From positions 1 to 61,433 of the forward strand of contig JABLTG010000127.1 in the NCBI GenBank assembly GCA_016618085.1: 61,433 bases of DNA, read 5' to 3'. Below the pieces are notes generated by a model, which was given only the letters and a program-made list of their open reading frames with translations, was not told where the DNA came from and did no database searches. The position numbers and the translations under genes were made by a program. Positions 25,560 to 35,720 of this stretch are shown here, piece by piece (within the stretch, counting starts at the first letter, position 1; every line of letters starts with the position of its first letter). The stretch is from Neovahlkampfia damariscottae (Eukaryota).

Positions 25560-26285
25560 TTATTTCTTCTTTTTTGAAAGATTATCGATTTCATTTGGAT
25601 TTTCTTTTCTTTTTTTCATTGGTAATTTTTCTTCACAAAAATTTTCTTTTGAATGTATTTTGAAATGAATCAATTTTAGCAATTCATCAAGTTCATATTT
25701 GAATTTTGGTATTAAAAAATCTAAACCTTTTGTTTCTTTCAATTTGGACAGCGTGCAATTTTGTGATTGTGAAAATTGAATTTGGTGAAATAACTCATCA
25801 TCAAGTTGCTCACAAAAAATCTTTTCATTTTTCCAATCCATGAGAAATTGATAAACTTGAATATAAATATTATTCAATTGTTCAAATGAGTAATCTTTGT
25901 TGTGCAAATTTTTCAATGTTTGTTTGATGTTTTCAAATGTGAGATTCATTGACGTTGGAAATATTTCAAAATCCATAAGTTCTTCTTCTGTTATATTTTC
26001 ATCATATTCATGTTCTATAATTTGTTGGTGTTCAGTCTTTTCGTGTTCAAAATATATATCTGAGTCAAAATTTGAAAATATTTGTTTATTATCATGCTTA
26101 TTTGTTATTTTTACAGGTATTTCACAATTTACAAGCTTCTGGTTTTGGTTATTTACAGTTGAATTTTGTGGGTTTAATTTTTTTCTTCGTGTTGGTGACT
26201 TTAAACTTCCAGATTGGTTTCTCCTACTTTTTGGGTCAACATGCTTTGATGAATCGAAATTACTGCCTTGTGATTTTCCATTCAT
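25560..26285 (-). CDS. Hypothetical protein sharing the C-terminal domain of the adjacent ankyrin gene
   Basis: FENIKQTLKNL..YSFEQLNNIY..W..C..LDDE aligns with FEGIKEKLKNV..YSFGELNSIY..W..C..FDDE; both carry a terminal KKRKENP...KKK. Confidence 0.8.
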   Translation of the reverse strand: MNGKSQGSNFDSSKHVDPKSRRNQSGSLKSPTRRKKLNPQNSTVNNQNQKLVNCEIPVKITNKHDNKQIFSNFDSDIYFEHEKTEHQQIIEHEYDENITEEELMDFEIFPTSMNLTFENIKQTLKNLHNKDYSFEQLNNIYIQVYQFLMDWKNEKIFCEQLDDELFHQIQFSQSQNCTLSKLKETKGLDFLIPKFKYELDELLKLIHFKIHSKENFCEEKLPMKKRKENPNEIDNLSKKKK

Positions 26286-26348
26286 CCCTGTTCAAAGAAA
26301 ATTAAATTGACCAATGAAATGAATAACTGCACAAAAGAAAGAAAAAAT

Positions 26349-28361
26349 TTATAATGCTTTTTTTTTCATAAAATTTGTTTCAGGAGTTGGATTTTCTTTT
26401 CTTTTTTTCAAAATTTCTTCAGAAACACCATTTTGAATTTTTTCTGATTTTGGTGATTCAATCACACCTGAACTATCATCAGAAATTCGAGACATTAATT
26501 TCAACAATTCATTGATTTTCAATTTCCAACTTGGTAACAGTTCGAATGATTCATATTTTTTCTTAATTTTCTTCAAAATTAACTCATCATCAATTTTACA
26601 CGATATTTTGAGATTTTCCAATTCTTCATCTTTTTCAAGGTTATTCTTCCAATTTGCAACCTTTTTCTTTAAGAAATCATCAATAATCTTCGGAATTTCT
26701 GAAAAATCAGAATTTGAATTGAACAATGTTTTGATGTGGTCATTGATTACATTTTGAAACTTCTCATTCAACGTTTTTTTAAAAAATTGATTTGAAATAT
26801 CATTTACAAGTTCTTCATTTGGTATTTCTATATTCAATAATGCTGGTGTATTCAAAATTTCATCATCAAAATCTTTACAATTTACATTGTTTTTTTTCCA
26901 ATTCTCTATGTGTCTGTATAAATCAAAATAAATGGAATTCAATTCCCCAAAGGAATAAAATACAAAATTATTAACATTTTTCAATTTTTCTTTGATTCCT
27001 TCAAAATCTATTTCATCAGTGAATGTTAGATTCTTCTTCAAATTTTCAATTTCTTTTTTTAGCTTTTCTTGTTGCAACTCTTTTTCTTTCACTGTAGCAC
27101 GAATTGCAATAACGATTCTTTTTTGTTTAGAAAGCTCGGATTTCAAATTTTCTAATTGTTGTTTTTCCACACTTACCTCATTTCTCAAATCTAAAAATTC
27201 ATGGTTAGTTAAAGATGCTTCTCCAAAATCTATTTTTTTGTCAAGAAGACTGGCAATATCTTTTGCAGATCTATTTGTTTTATCCTTTATTTCTAAATTA
27301 GATCCATTCTGTATCAAGAAATTACATGATTTTTGACTTCCCAATGCAGCAGCATATTGTAGAGGTGTCCACTCAATTTTCTCACCAAATGATTTTTCTT
27401 TCTGTTTTTTATGAATAAAAATATCTAAAAATTACATCATGCTTGTTTGAATTTTGTTAGATTTCAATAAATTCGAACAATCTGTTTTGTGTGAAAAATT
27501 CAAATTTTTCTTACATACTACCAGAAATTCTTGAGATGAAGAAACATCTTACTTTCTTTAATATAATTTAATATCAAGTTATTGTTTTACAACCTAAATG
27601 ATGAAAAATTTCGTTAATTTTACCAACTTAAAAATTTAGAAAATTTGAAGCTACATGCTGATAAAAATAAAGAATTAAAAAATGATTATTTTACATCCTG
27701 AATATATTAATCAAATAAATATTCTACTGTCTATATCATTTTTAATATTGATAATGAAATACCCACTGAATTGCGTTGGAAAAAAAAAATCTTACAAACT
27801 TTATGAGATCATAAGAAATAAATTCCCAACTTACAAACTTGAATGTTCTTTCAATTATAATTTTCTTACATACTTAAGAGTATTTTAGTGCTATAAATTG
27901 AATTTTACATTCTTTAAATTATTCAAAAAAAAAAATCAAATTTACATCCTCCAATAGCAAAGTTTAAAAGTATCAAAAAGTTACTGCCTGTTAAAATCAA
28001 ATAAATATCCAAATAAATCTTACCCACTTCCAAAATGTCAAATATAATTATCCATTACCCACTAAACAAAACATTAAACACTTTTCGAAAAAATCGAACA
28101 AACTAAAGCTTTTAGGATATCAGTTGGACTTACACACTATATTTGAGTTTTAAAGTTGAATTTACTCCCTTTTTTTTATTAATCTTTTTTTCTTCAAACA
28201 ATAGGATATGCCTGTTAAAAAAACATAAATTTTTTGTTGTAGTTTACATAGGGTTTCTTGAGGTTAAATCCTGAATCTAATAGCTGTTTTATTTTGGTAA
28301 TATCGTCATCTTTGATGGCGTCACCTAATTTCTTTATCAATTCTTTTTCTTCCATGGTCAT
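26349..28361 (-). CDS. Ankyrin-repeat + coiled-coil protein with a 22-microexon cassette (414 aa if all exons are included)
   Basis: Exon 1 28361-28248 (MTMEEKELIKKLGDAIKDDDITKIKQLLDSGFNLKKPY), microexons between 28211 and 27436, last exon 27401-26349 (KEKSFGEKIEWTPLQYAAALGSQKSCNFLIQNGSNLEIKDKTNRSAKDIA..., ankyrin consensus). All junctions are phase 0. Confidence 0.85.
27402..28247 (-). other. Array of 22 microexons (12 nt, 20 x 3 nt, 6 nt) separated by 23 GT-AG introns of 28-38 nt
   Basis: In transcript order: 28211-28200 AYPI; then (lowest coordinate of each 3-nt exon) 28166 GGA, 28134 TGT, 28100 TTT, 28059 TGG, 28024 TGG, 27985 GCA, 27946 GAT, 27909 AAT, 27870 TAT, 27835 TTT, 27796 TTT, 27763 TGG, 27728 ACA, 27695 GAT, 27655 CAT, 27624 TTG, 27591 GTT, 27553 AAA, 27515 TAT, 27479 ATT; then 27441-27436 CATGAT. 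Introns (768 nt) plus exons (78 nt) tile the 846 nt exactly. Confidence 0.88.
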
Positions 28362-28398
28362 TGATATATTCTCACCAAATTTGGAATAAAAAATAATG

Positions 28399-28512
28399 AT
28401 TGGCGGGATTATTTGGTCTAATAAGGTGTTTTTTTTTTTTGATCTCAACTTCAATTTTATTTAAAAATTGACTGCAACTCAATTTTTTTCAACGTCTTTT
28501 TTTTTGTCCAAT
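28399..28512. promoter_or_regulatory. Divergent promoter with two outward-facing CCAAT boxes (example of a window-wide motif)
   Basis: ATTGG at 28399-28403 (about 40 nt before the minus-strand ATG 28361) and CCAAT at 28508-28512 (before ATG 28520). Confidence 0.65.
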
Positions 28513-28519
28513 CAACAAA

Positions 28520-30799
28520 ATGCGATTTCTTTTTTTCATAACGTTGCTGTTTGTGTTAACTCAACAAGGTATTCAATTTTTCAAACTCTAAACATTCATA
28601 GATATCACTACAAAAACTGTCAAAGATGGTGAATATCCAGCAAAGAATTTTGTGTCTTTCGAACAAGGAACTGTTTTTGTGAGATGGAAGAATTTCAAAG
28701 TTAATGGCTCTTCAGCACTTGAATTTGCTGTTGTTTCAAAAGCCACTGGATGGACTGCTATTGGTTTTAATCCAACCTCAGGTATGTCCAACTTGGATTT
28801 AGTTGTTGGATTCATGAGTGGTGGTAACATAGTAGTTGAAGACCATTATGTCAATGGGTTGACAACACCAAGTAAAGACATAAATGTAGGTGGACAAGAC
28901 TCTATTATTGCTTTCAATGGAGGTTCAGCAGGTGGAGAAATCACTGTACAAAGGATTACTTTTTTTCACAATTTTTTTTAGTTTAAATTTCAACGCTTAA
29001 CAAACACTGGAGATCCAAGAGACAATGTTATCATCAATGGTAGTAATTCTTTGATCTATGCTTATTCACCAAATCCAAATCCGGCTGTACAACATGGAAA
29101 TGGTAAAGGATCTTTAGGAGATATAAACTTTTTGAACGAAGATTCAACACCTCCAGTCGCTATTGATCCTCTTATCATATTTCCATTTCATTATATTGTT
29201 TTACCGCTTATTGTTTCTTTAGTTTGTATTTTAGGAATTGCTTCACAATTTTTACACAAAGTACCTCCTTTTGACATTATTTTACAAGCAAAATTGATAC
29301 CACCTTTACCAACACTTTTACCAGAAACTGTTTTGCCACAGTTTCTTCTTGATTATTTTAATGAAGTAACAGGAGTTTCTTTCGGAGAAATTTTTGTGGT
29401 AGTTTGTTATTTGATTATTTCAGCTTGCTGGACTGTTGTCTCAGTATTGAATGGTATTTTTATTTTCTTTTTTAAAAAGTATTGCTCAGCATATGCTTAT
29501 AACACAGATCCTTGGAATGTTCTTGGCAGAGTATTTGGTTCTTTGAATTTACTGAATTTCACTTTTGTTCTTTTACCTATTGCTCGCCATTCAATTTGGA
29601 CTGTAATATTCGGTATTCCATTTGAAAGAGCTATAAAATATCATCGTTGGATCGCTGTCTGGACTTACATTTGCATGTGTCTTCATTTCATTTTCATCGC
29701 TATTTTCAATGGAGTTAGAAATACACCTGCATATCCATGGAGTACAAATTACACGGCAGGGCTTGCTGGTGTTTATGGAACAGGTCTATATGGATATGTA
29801 TTTTGTGGTTTTGTTGCTTGGATTTTTTTTACTATTCAAATTTTATTCACAATGTTAAGAAGAGCTTTCTGGAACTTTTTTGCTTACACTCATTTACTAC
29901 TTGCAATCATAGCCATTGTATTTGCATGTATACATCATTATCATGTTCTTCTTCATCTCTCTGCTTCACTTTTTCTTTACTTTATTGATTATGCTTTCAG
30001 AAAAATTTCATTCTTAATTCCAGCAAAAGTAATCAATATGAAACCTATGGCAGGTGGAATCACGAGAGTAGAAATACAATCTCCATTGGCTAGACTTGCA
30101 AAACCAGGTCAATATGTGTTCATTTTCTTCCCACAAGCTTCAACAATTGGGAGAAATCCTTTTTCAATTTCATCAATAACAGGACCTGATACTATTACAC
30201 TTCATGTCAAGGGAATGAAAGGAAAACCTTGTTGGCCAACATTTACAGGGAAATTAAAATCAGTTGCTCACAAAGTTGAAGAAGGAACTACCAAACCATA
30301 TTTCATCAGAATTGAAGGTCCTTATGGAAGACCATCCATCAAATTCGACAATTACAAAGTTTTATTATTAGTATCAGGAGGAATTGGTGTCACTCCAAAT
30401 GGATCAATGCTACAACATATGTTGAAACAAATCAAAGAAGGTAAACTGCCAAATCTAGAAAAAGTTTACTTTGTTTGGAGCACAAGAACAATTGAAAGTT
30501 TGGAATGGTTTGGTGAATTATTTGAAGAATGTGCAAAAGAATCAAAAATTGATTTGAGATTATGCCTTTCAAAAGCACCAGGAGAAGCGAATTCCAAAAT
30601 TCCATTTATCGAAGGAAGACCACAATATGCAGAAATATTTTCAGAAATTCAAGAAAATCATCCAAAAGTTAAATATTTTGGTTGTGTTGCTTGTGGTCCT
30701 GGTGGAATGGTTTCTAAAGTTGAAACACTTTGTTGGTCAAATAGCTTCAATTCAATCAAGAGACAATGGCATTTCCACAAAGAATCCTTCTTGTTGTAA
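28520..30799 (+). CDS. DOMON + ferric reductase/NOX-like flavocytochrome
   Basis: Signal peptide, GWTAIGF...MSNLDLVVG DOMON, FERAIKYHRW, His-bearing TM helices, PGQY, NPFSISS, IEGPYG, SGGIGVTP, CGP, HKESF. Confidence 0.9.
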
Positions 30800-30893
30800 A
30801 AAATAAAAATTGTTATTTGATCGATCTCAATTTCTATGACTCAAAACAAATTCAATTTTCTCAAAAGAAACACAAGAAAAAAAAAAAGAAATT

Positions 30894-30974
30894 CGCAGGT
30901 GACAGGATTCGAACCTGCGCGGGAAATCCCAACTGATTTCAAGTCAGTCGCCTTGACCGCTCGGCCACACCTGC
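30894..30974 (-). tRNA. tRNA-Ser, anticodon UGA
   Basis: Reverse complement GCAGGTGTGGCCGAGCGGTCAAGGCG-ACTGA-CTTGAAA-TCAGT-long variable arm-GCAGGTTCGAATCCTGT-CACCTGC-G, followed by an oligo-T tract. Confidence 0.95.
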
Positions 30975-31507
30975 TTTTGATGAAAATGATATTTAAAAAC
31001 TGGAAGCAAATTATAAAAATAAGGTCATTTATGAAAAAGAAAAAAAAAATTTCTTTGGTCCACCAAAGCCCCTTTAGAAAAAAAAAGAATTGTTTGACTT
31101 TTATCAAGTTCGCCTTTCAATTAGTATTTCTTCATCTTCTGGGTTTTCTTGTGTCTTATTTCTATTGGGATTTTTAGTTGTCTTGTTTTCTCTTTTCTTT
31201 TTTCTTTCTTTTTCTTCTCTTTTTGGCACTGTAACTTTTTTTCTTTTCTTTGGATAGTTGTTTTCTTTTATTTTAACTCGGATATTTTTTCCAAATGTAC
31301 AATTCTGTTACCAATTTCATCAATTATTTTAAATAAAAATTCAAATTCCTTTATTTAACAAAACAGTCACTTTTTTTCTTTTCTTTCCTCGGTTTTCTTT
31401 TCTTTTTCTACTCACTTTCTAATTTGTCAATGGATTCAGTCTTAGAACAAAAAACAAAATTTAAATTTTCAAAAATTTTTATAAAGGTTTTGGTTTTTTT
31501 TTCGTAT

Positions 31508-32205
31508 TTAAAGTCCTGAGAGTTCCATGATTGTATTAACAACATCATTACCGTTCTTTTTCAACGCAGCAACAATTTGTGCTCTAGTACAATCTGAAAC
31601 TTGAGCTTGAACTAATTCAATATCTTTAGCATCAACACCTGTTTCATCTGAGTCTTCAACTTTAGCTTCAACTTTTGCTTCAACTTTTTCTTCAACTTTT
31701 TCAGTTTTTGTTTCAGTTGGTTTTGTTTCTTCAACAACTGGAGCTTTTTCTGTTGAACCTTCTTTAGCTTGCATTTGTTTTAATTGTTCAAGCATTCCTT
31801 GTAATTGATCTCCTTGTGGCATACCTTCTCCTCCCATTCCTGGAATTCCTTTTGTGATATCACGAACTTGAGCTTGTCCAATAATGACAAAAGTATCTCC
31901 ATGAGCCATTTTATATACTTCAGGTTGTTCAATTGCGAAGACAATCTTAATAAAGAAACTGTGTTAATTTTTTTTTTTCTTACTTGAGCTTGTTTGATTT
32001 GAACTGATGTAACACCGTTGAATGGTTCAAGTCCTAATTTTTGCATAGCTTTACGACTTTTTTTTTCTGTTCTTGATGTTTGACCTTTTTGTTCTCCTCC
32101 TAAAGGTTGGACTTTTTGTGGAGCATCTTCAAGTTCTGGAATTTCATCATCGATTTCTTCGATTTTCATGTCTTCTTGGAGTGTTGGTTGTTGTTCTGTT
32201 GTCAT
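31508..32205 (-). CDS. NACA: Nascent polypeptide-associated complex alpha subunit, 1 intron
   Basis: [19 protein letters not shown] domain; C-terminal UBA-like DIELVQAQ...[22 protein letters not shown]. Confidence 0.95.
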
Positions 32206-32400
32206 TATTATACTGTGGACTTGAGATTTGTTGCAAAAAAAAGTAACGATTTGATTGGCTAATTTTCTTCGAATTAAAAATCATTGGTAAAATTTTTTTC
32301 AGTGAGATCAATTTTTTTCATCATGTTTTGAAAAAATTAACTTTTTTGTTTCCAACACAATATAAACCAATCATGTTTATCTATACATTGACCACCGAAA

Positions 32401-34079
32401 ATGCAACAAACTTTTACTGTTTCCGTTACTGTTTTAGAAGGAAAGAATCTTTCTACAGCAAATACAAACGCTACTTCTTTTTACTTTCAAGCTAAAATAG
32501 CAAATTCTATTTATACTTCAAAACAAACTCAAAAAACAACTTCACCAGTATGGAATGAAAAATTTTCCTTGCATTTTGATCCAAACCATGATGTTTTAAA
32601 TTTTATGCTTTTTGATGGTAATGCGTTATTGATCAATGAATTCATCACCATGAAAAAATTCTCAACTGTACCTTCAGTTTTTTGGATATCATTAAAACAA
32701 GGAGCTATTCAACTCAAAATTCAAATTATACCAAAAATATTCATTAGAATCATAGAAGCAAAGAATTTACCGTCACTAGGTTTGTTTTTATAACTCCTAA
32801 TTTTTTCACAAAAAAAGATGTAATTGGTAAAACAGATCCTTATGTTGTGATAAACTACGGAAAATTAAATCAATTAAAAACTCACACAGTTAAACATAAC
32901 TTAAATCCAATATGGAATGAAGAGTTTTTTATCGAATTTGATGAAACCATTGATGAAATAAACATCAAACTCTTTGATTATCATTTGATTAAAAAACATG
33001 TATTAATAGATGATTTACTGTTTAAAATTTCACAAATGAAAGTTGGTATGAATGATCTTAATGTAAAATTGAAGAAAGGAACGCTACATTTGATTATTGA
33101 CACCACACAATTACAAAAACCACAACAACAAATTTTTATTCCACAGCAACAACCAATGATGATGATGACTCAACAACCACAACAACAGATGGTTTCTCAA
33201 CAAATGATAATGCCACAAATATCACAACAACAATCAATAATGCCTCAAGTCTCATTCACATCAAATGTACCAATGATTCCTTCAAATGCTCCTCCAGAAC
33301 TTTATTGTAATTTTTTTTCATTTTTTAATATATCAATAGTATTTCAAGCACCTTTATTTCCATTATATAAAAAAAAAGTAACAGCTGATTTTTCAAATAA
33401 GAGTTATGAAAATATTGCTTCAACAATTGATGACATTCAAAAATGTTTTGATGATTTGTCAGATGATGAATTTGAAGATTTAGAAGAAGGTTGCGCTCGA
33501 ACCAAATATTTAAATGTGGAAGGAAATAAAATCAAAGATTTAACAAATTTAGATGATTATGATTTTTTGGAATCTGTGAATTTGGCAAATAATGAATTGA
33601 CTCATTTATCATCATATAGAACACCTAAGACACTCATTTTTATGAATTTAACATCAAATAAAATTCAAAAACTTGAAAACATGAAAGAAATGAGCGTCAG
33701 ATTCCTCAACATTTCACAAAATGAAATTGAATCAATTTCTGGGATTGAAAAGTCAATTCCAAACTTAATTTGGTTGTCTTTGGATATAAACAAACTCAAA
33801 ACTCTTGAAGGCATTGAGAGCTTTCAATTTTTAAGATGGGCATTTTTATCTGAAAATAATCTCACAACTATTTCACTTTTACCAAGATGTGCTTTTCTTT
33901 TGGAAGTCGATCTATCAAAAAATCAATTAAAAGATGAAAAAGAGATTATTGGTTTAATGCAATATACACAAGTTATGTTCATTGATATATCTTCTAATTT
34001 ATTCAATGATCAGCAAAAACAGATGATGTTTCAATTTGCATCCACATTTCCAACAAGAAAAATTACAATTAAAATTTAA
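32401..34079 (+). CDS. Tandem C2 domain + Gln-rich + LRR protein
   Basis: VTVLEGKNL..SPVWNEKF and IIEAKNLP..DPYV..NPIWNEEF C2 motifs; LxxLxLxxNxI repeats; short introns. Confidence 0.85.
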
Positions 34080-34118
34080 AGAACCAATAGAACTGGAAAT
34101 AACAAAATTAAACCGATT

Positions 34119-34855
34119 TTATTGATCTTTTACTTTAGAAATGATTGTTGATCTTATCAATATTTCATTTATTTCAGCACAGCTTTCATATTCTTTCTTC
34201 AATTTTTCACATTTTTTTGAAGGATCTTTGATGCATTCTTCATAGACTTCTCTTTGATTTTCACAAAAAATAGAACTAATACAATTCTTTTTTTCTTCAT
34301 TAAGTTTCACACATCGTTTTTTATATTTCTGAAATTCATCATCTTCTAATTTAAATCGATCTTGAAACTCTTGTAAATATTCATCACAAAGTCTTGCTTC
34401 ATGTGATATTCTTGCGCAACTCAATTGAGCTTTTTCAATTTTATCATATAAACCATCTTCATTAGATATTAAAAAATTCAATCTATCATCAGATGCATTT
34501 TTAAAAATCTCCAATTCATCTTCACATCCAATAAAAAAACCTTTTGATTTTTTTCTACATTCTTCAAGAGAAACCATTAATTTGGAAGAATCTGGGAATA
34601 AAAATCTTCTTAAACAATATAGATGATTCCATTTGTACACTTGAAGTTAATTCTATTTTTTTAATAATATAGTTTACTCTTAATTGTTATTTCAGATATT
34701 TCATTGACTGGAATCATTTTCAGGTATTTTTCTTCTTTTTTTTTAATATTTTCACAAAGTTTTTGTGATCGATAGTGATAATCTGATATTGAAGAAAAAC
34801 GTTTTTTGAAGTCAGCATAAGCTTGAGCTTCAGTTTTATTTTTCTCGTAGCTCAT
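34119..34855 (-). CDS. Cys-pair-rich helical protein (CX9C-like), 1 intron
   Basis: CARISHEARLC, CVKLNEEKKNC, CENQREVYEEC, CEKLKKEYESC spacings. Confidence 0.6.
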
Positions 34856-34914
34856 TGGACAAAAAATAATGTTAAAAAGATGATTTTTAAGTAACAATTA
34901 GCAGTGAGAAATCT

Positions 34915-35646
34915 TTAATATTGTATATTTTTGGATGAAGAATAATCAGAACACGGAAATTCGACTACAAGTTCCGCAATATCATTCAACAAATCAATTA
35001 GTTCATTTTTTGATCCTTTGAAGTTCCATTCTTGTTTTAATTCATCTATATTAATATCAGAATTTCCATTTATTGAATCTTCATTCATAAAAAATGAAAT
35101 AATTAAATTGTCATTTTCTTCATCTTTTTTCACAGACCAAAAATAACTTCTTGGATAATTTTTCAAGTAGGAATGATAGAAAATCAATGAAACTCCTTTT
35201 AATTTTACTTTTGAGTGAATTTCTTGACCTCCTTGAATTTCAATTTTTTTAAATGTTAAAAATTGAAAAGACTTCATTATTTCTTCAATTTCCTGAAGTG
35301 TTTCTGTACTATATGGTGATTTTATCTGAAAAACACCAGGTTCATATTTATCACCCCATTTCCTCCAGAATTGTTTCTCTTTTTGTTTTGCACTAATTTT
35401 TGATTGTTCCAACTCCAATAGATTTTTCATTTCTTCCATCATTTTGAATTGTGTACTTTTTTTATAATGAGATAAATTCTTTTGTATGAATATTCGGAGT
35501 TTAAAATTAATACAAAAAGGTGATTTATAAAAACTTGAATAAAATAACTTTGAAGTCAACAGGAAATTTGGATATTCATGAAATGACAAATAAGTTAGTA
35601 TTTTTATTACTAAATCTTCAGGAATTTCACCAGAAAAATGTTGCAT
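34915..35646 (-). CDS. F-box-like protein
   Basis: N-terminal IPEDLVIKILTYLS...FLLTSKLFY. Confidence 0.7.
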   Translation of the reverse strand: MQHFSGEIPEDLVIKILTYLSFHEYPNFLLTSKLFYSSFYKSPFCINFKLRIFIQKNLSHYKKSTQFKMMEEMKNLLELEQSKISAKQKEKQFWRKWGDKYEPGVFQIKSPYSTETLQEIEEIMKSFQFLTFKKIEIQGGQEIHSKVKLKGVSLIFYHSYLKNYPRSYFWSVKKDEENDNLIISFFMNEDSINGNSDINIDELKQEWNFKGSKNELIDLLNDIAELVVEFPCSDYSSSKNIQY

Positions 35647-35720
35647 TTTTTTTTTGTTTGCTGTTGAGATTTAAATATAATAAACCATCTGATTGGATAA
35701 ATCCTAAAACAAGCAACAAA

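Noticed and set aside
27682..27888. 68-aa plus-strand ORF
   Set aside because: Antisense to the microexon array, low complexity, no motif.
27402..28247. CRISPR array or tandem repeat reading of the ~35-nt periodicity
   Set aside because: Units share only splice signals (AG, GTA) and no conserved repeat; the context is eukaryotic with no cas genes.
30894..30974. Possible selenocysteine or suppressor tRNA
   Set aside because: Anticodon is UGA (reads UCA, Ser), not UCA, and the acceptor stem is a normal 7 bp.
30836..31177. ORFs on both strands over the tRNA
   Set aside because: Shadow translations of tRNA-Ser and A/T tracts.
31095..31450. Lys-rich minus-strand coding-like stretch
   Set aside because: Interrupted by stops with no coherent start or exon chain; a gene cannot be supported.
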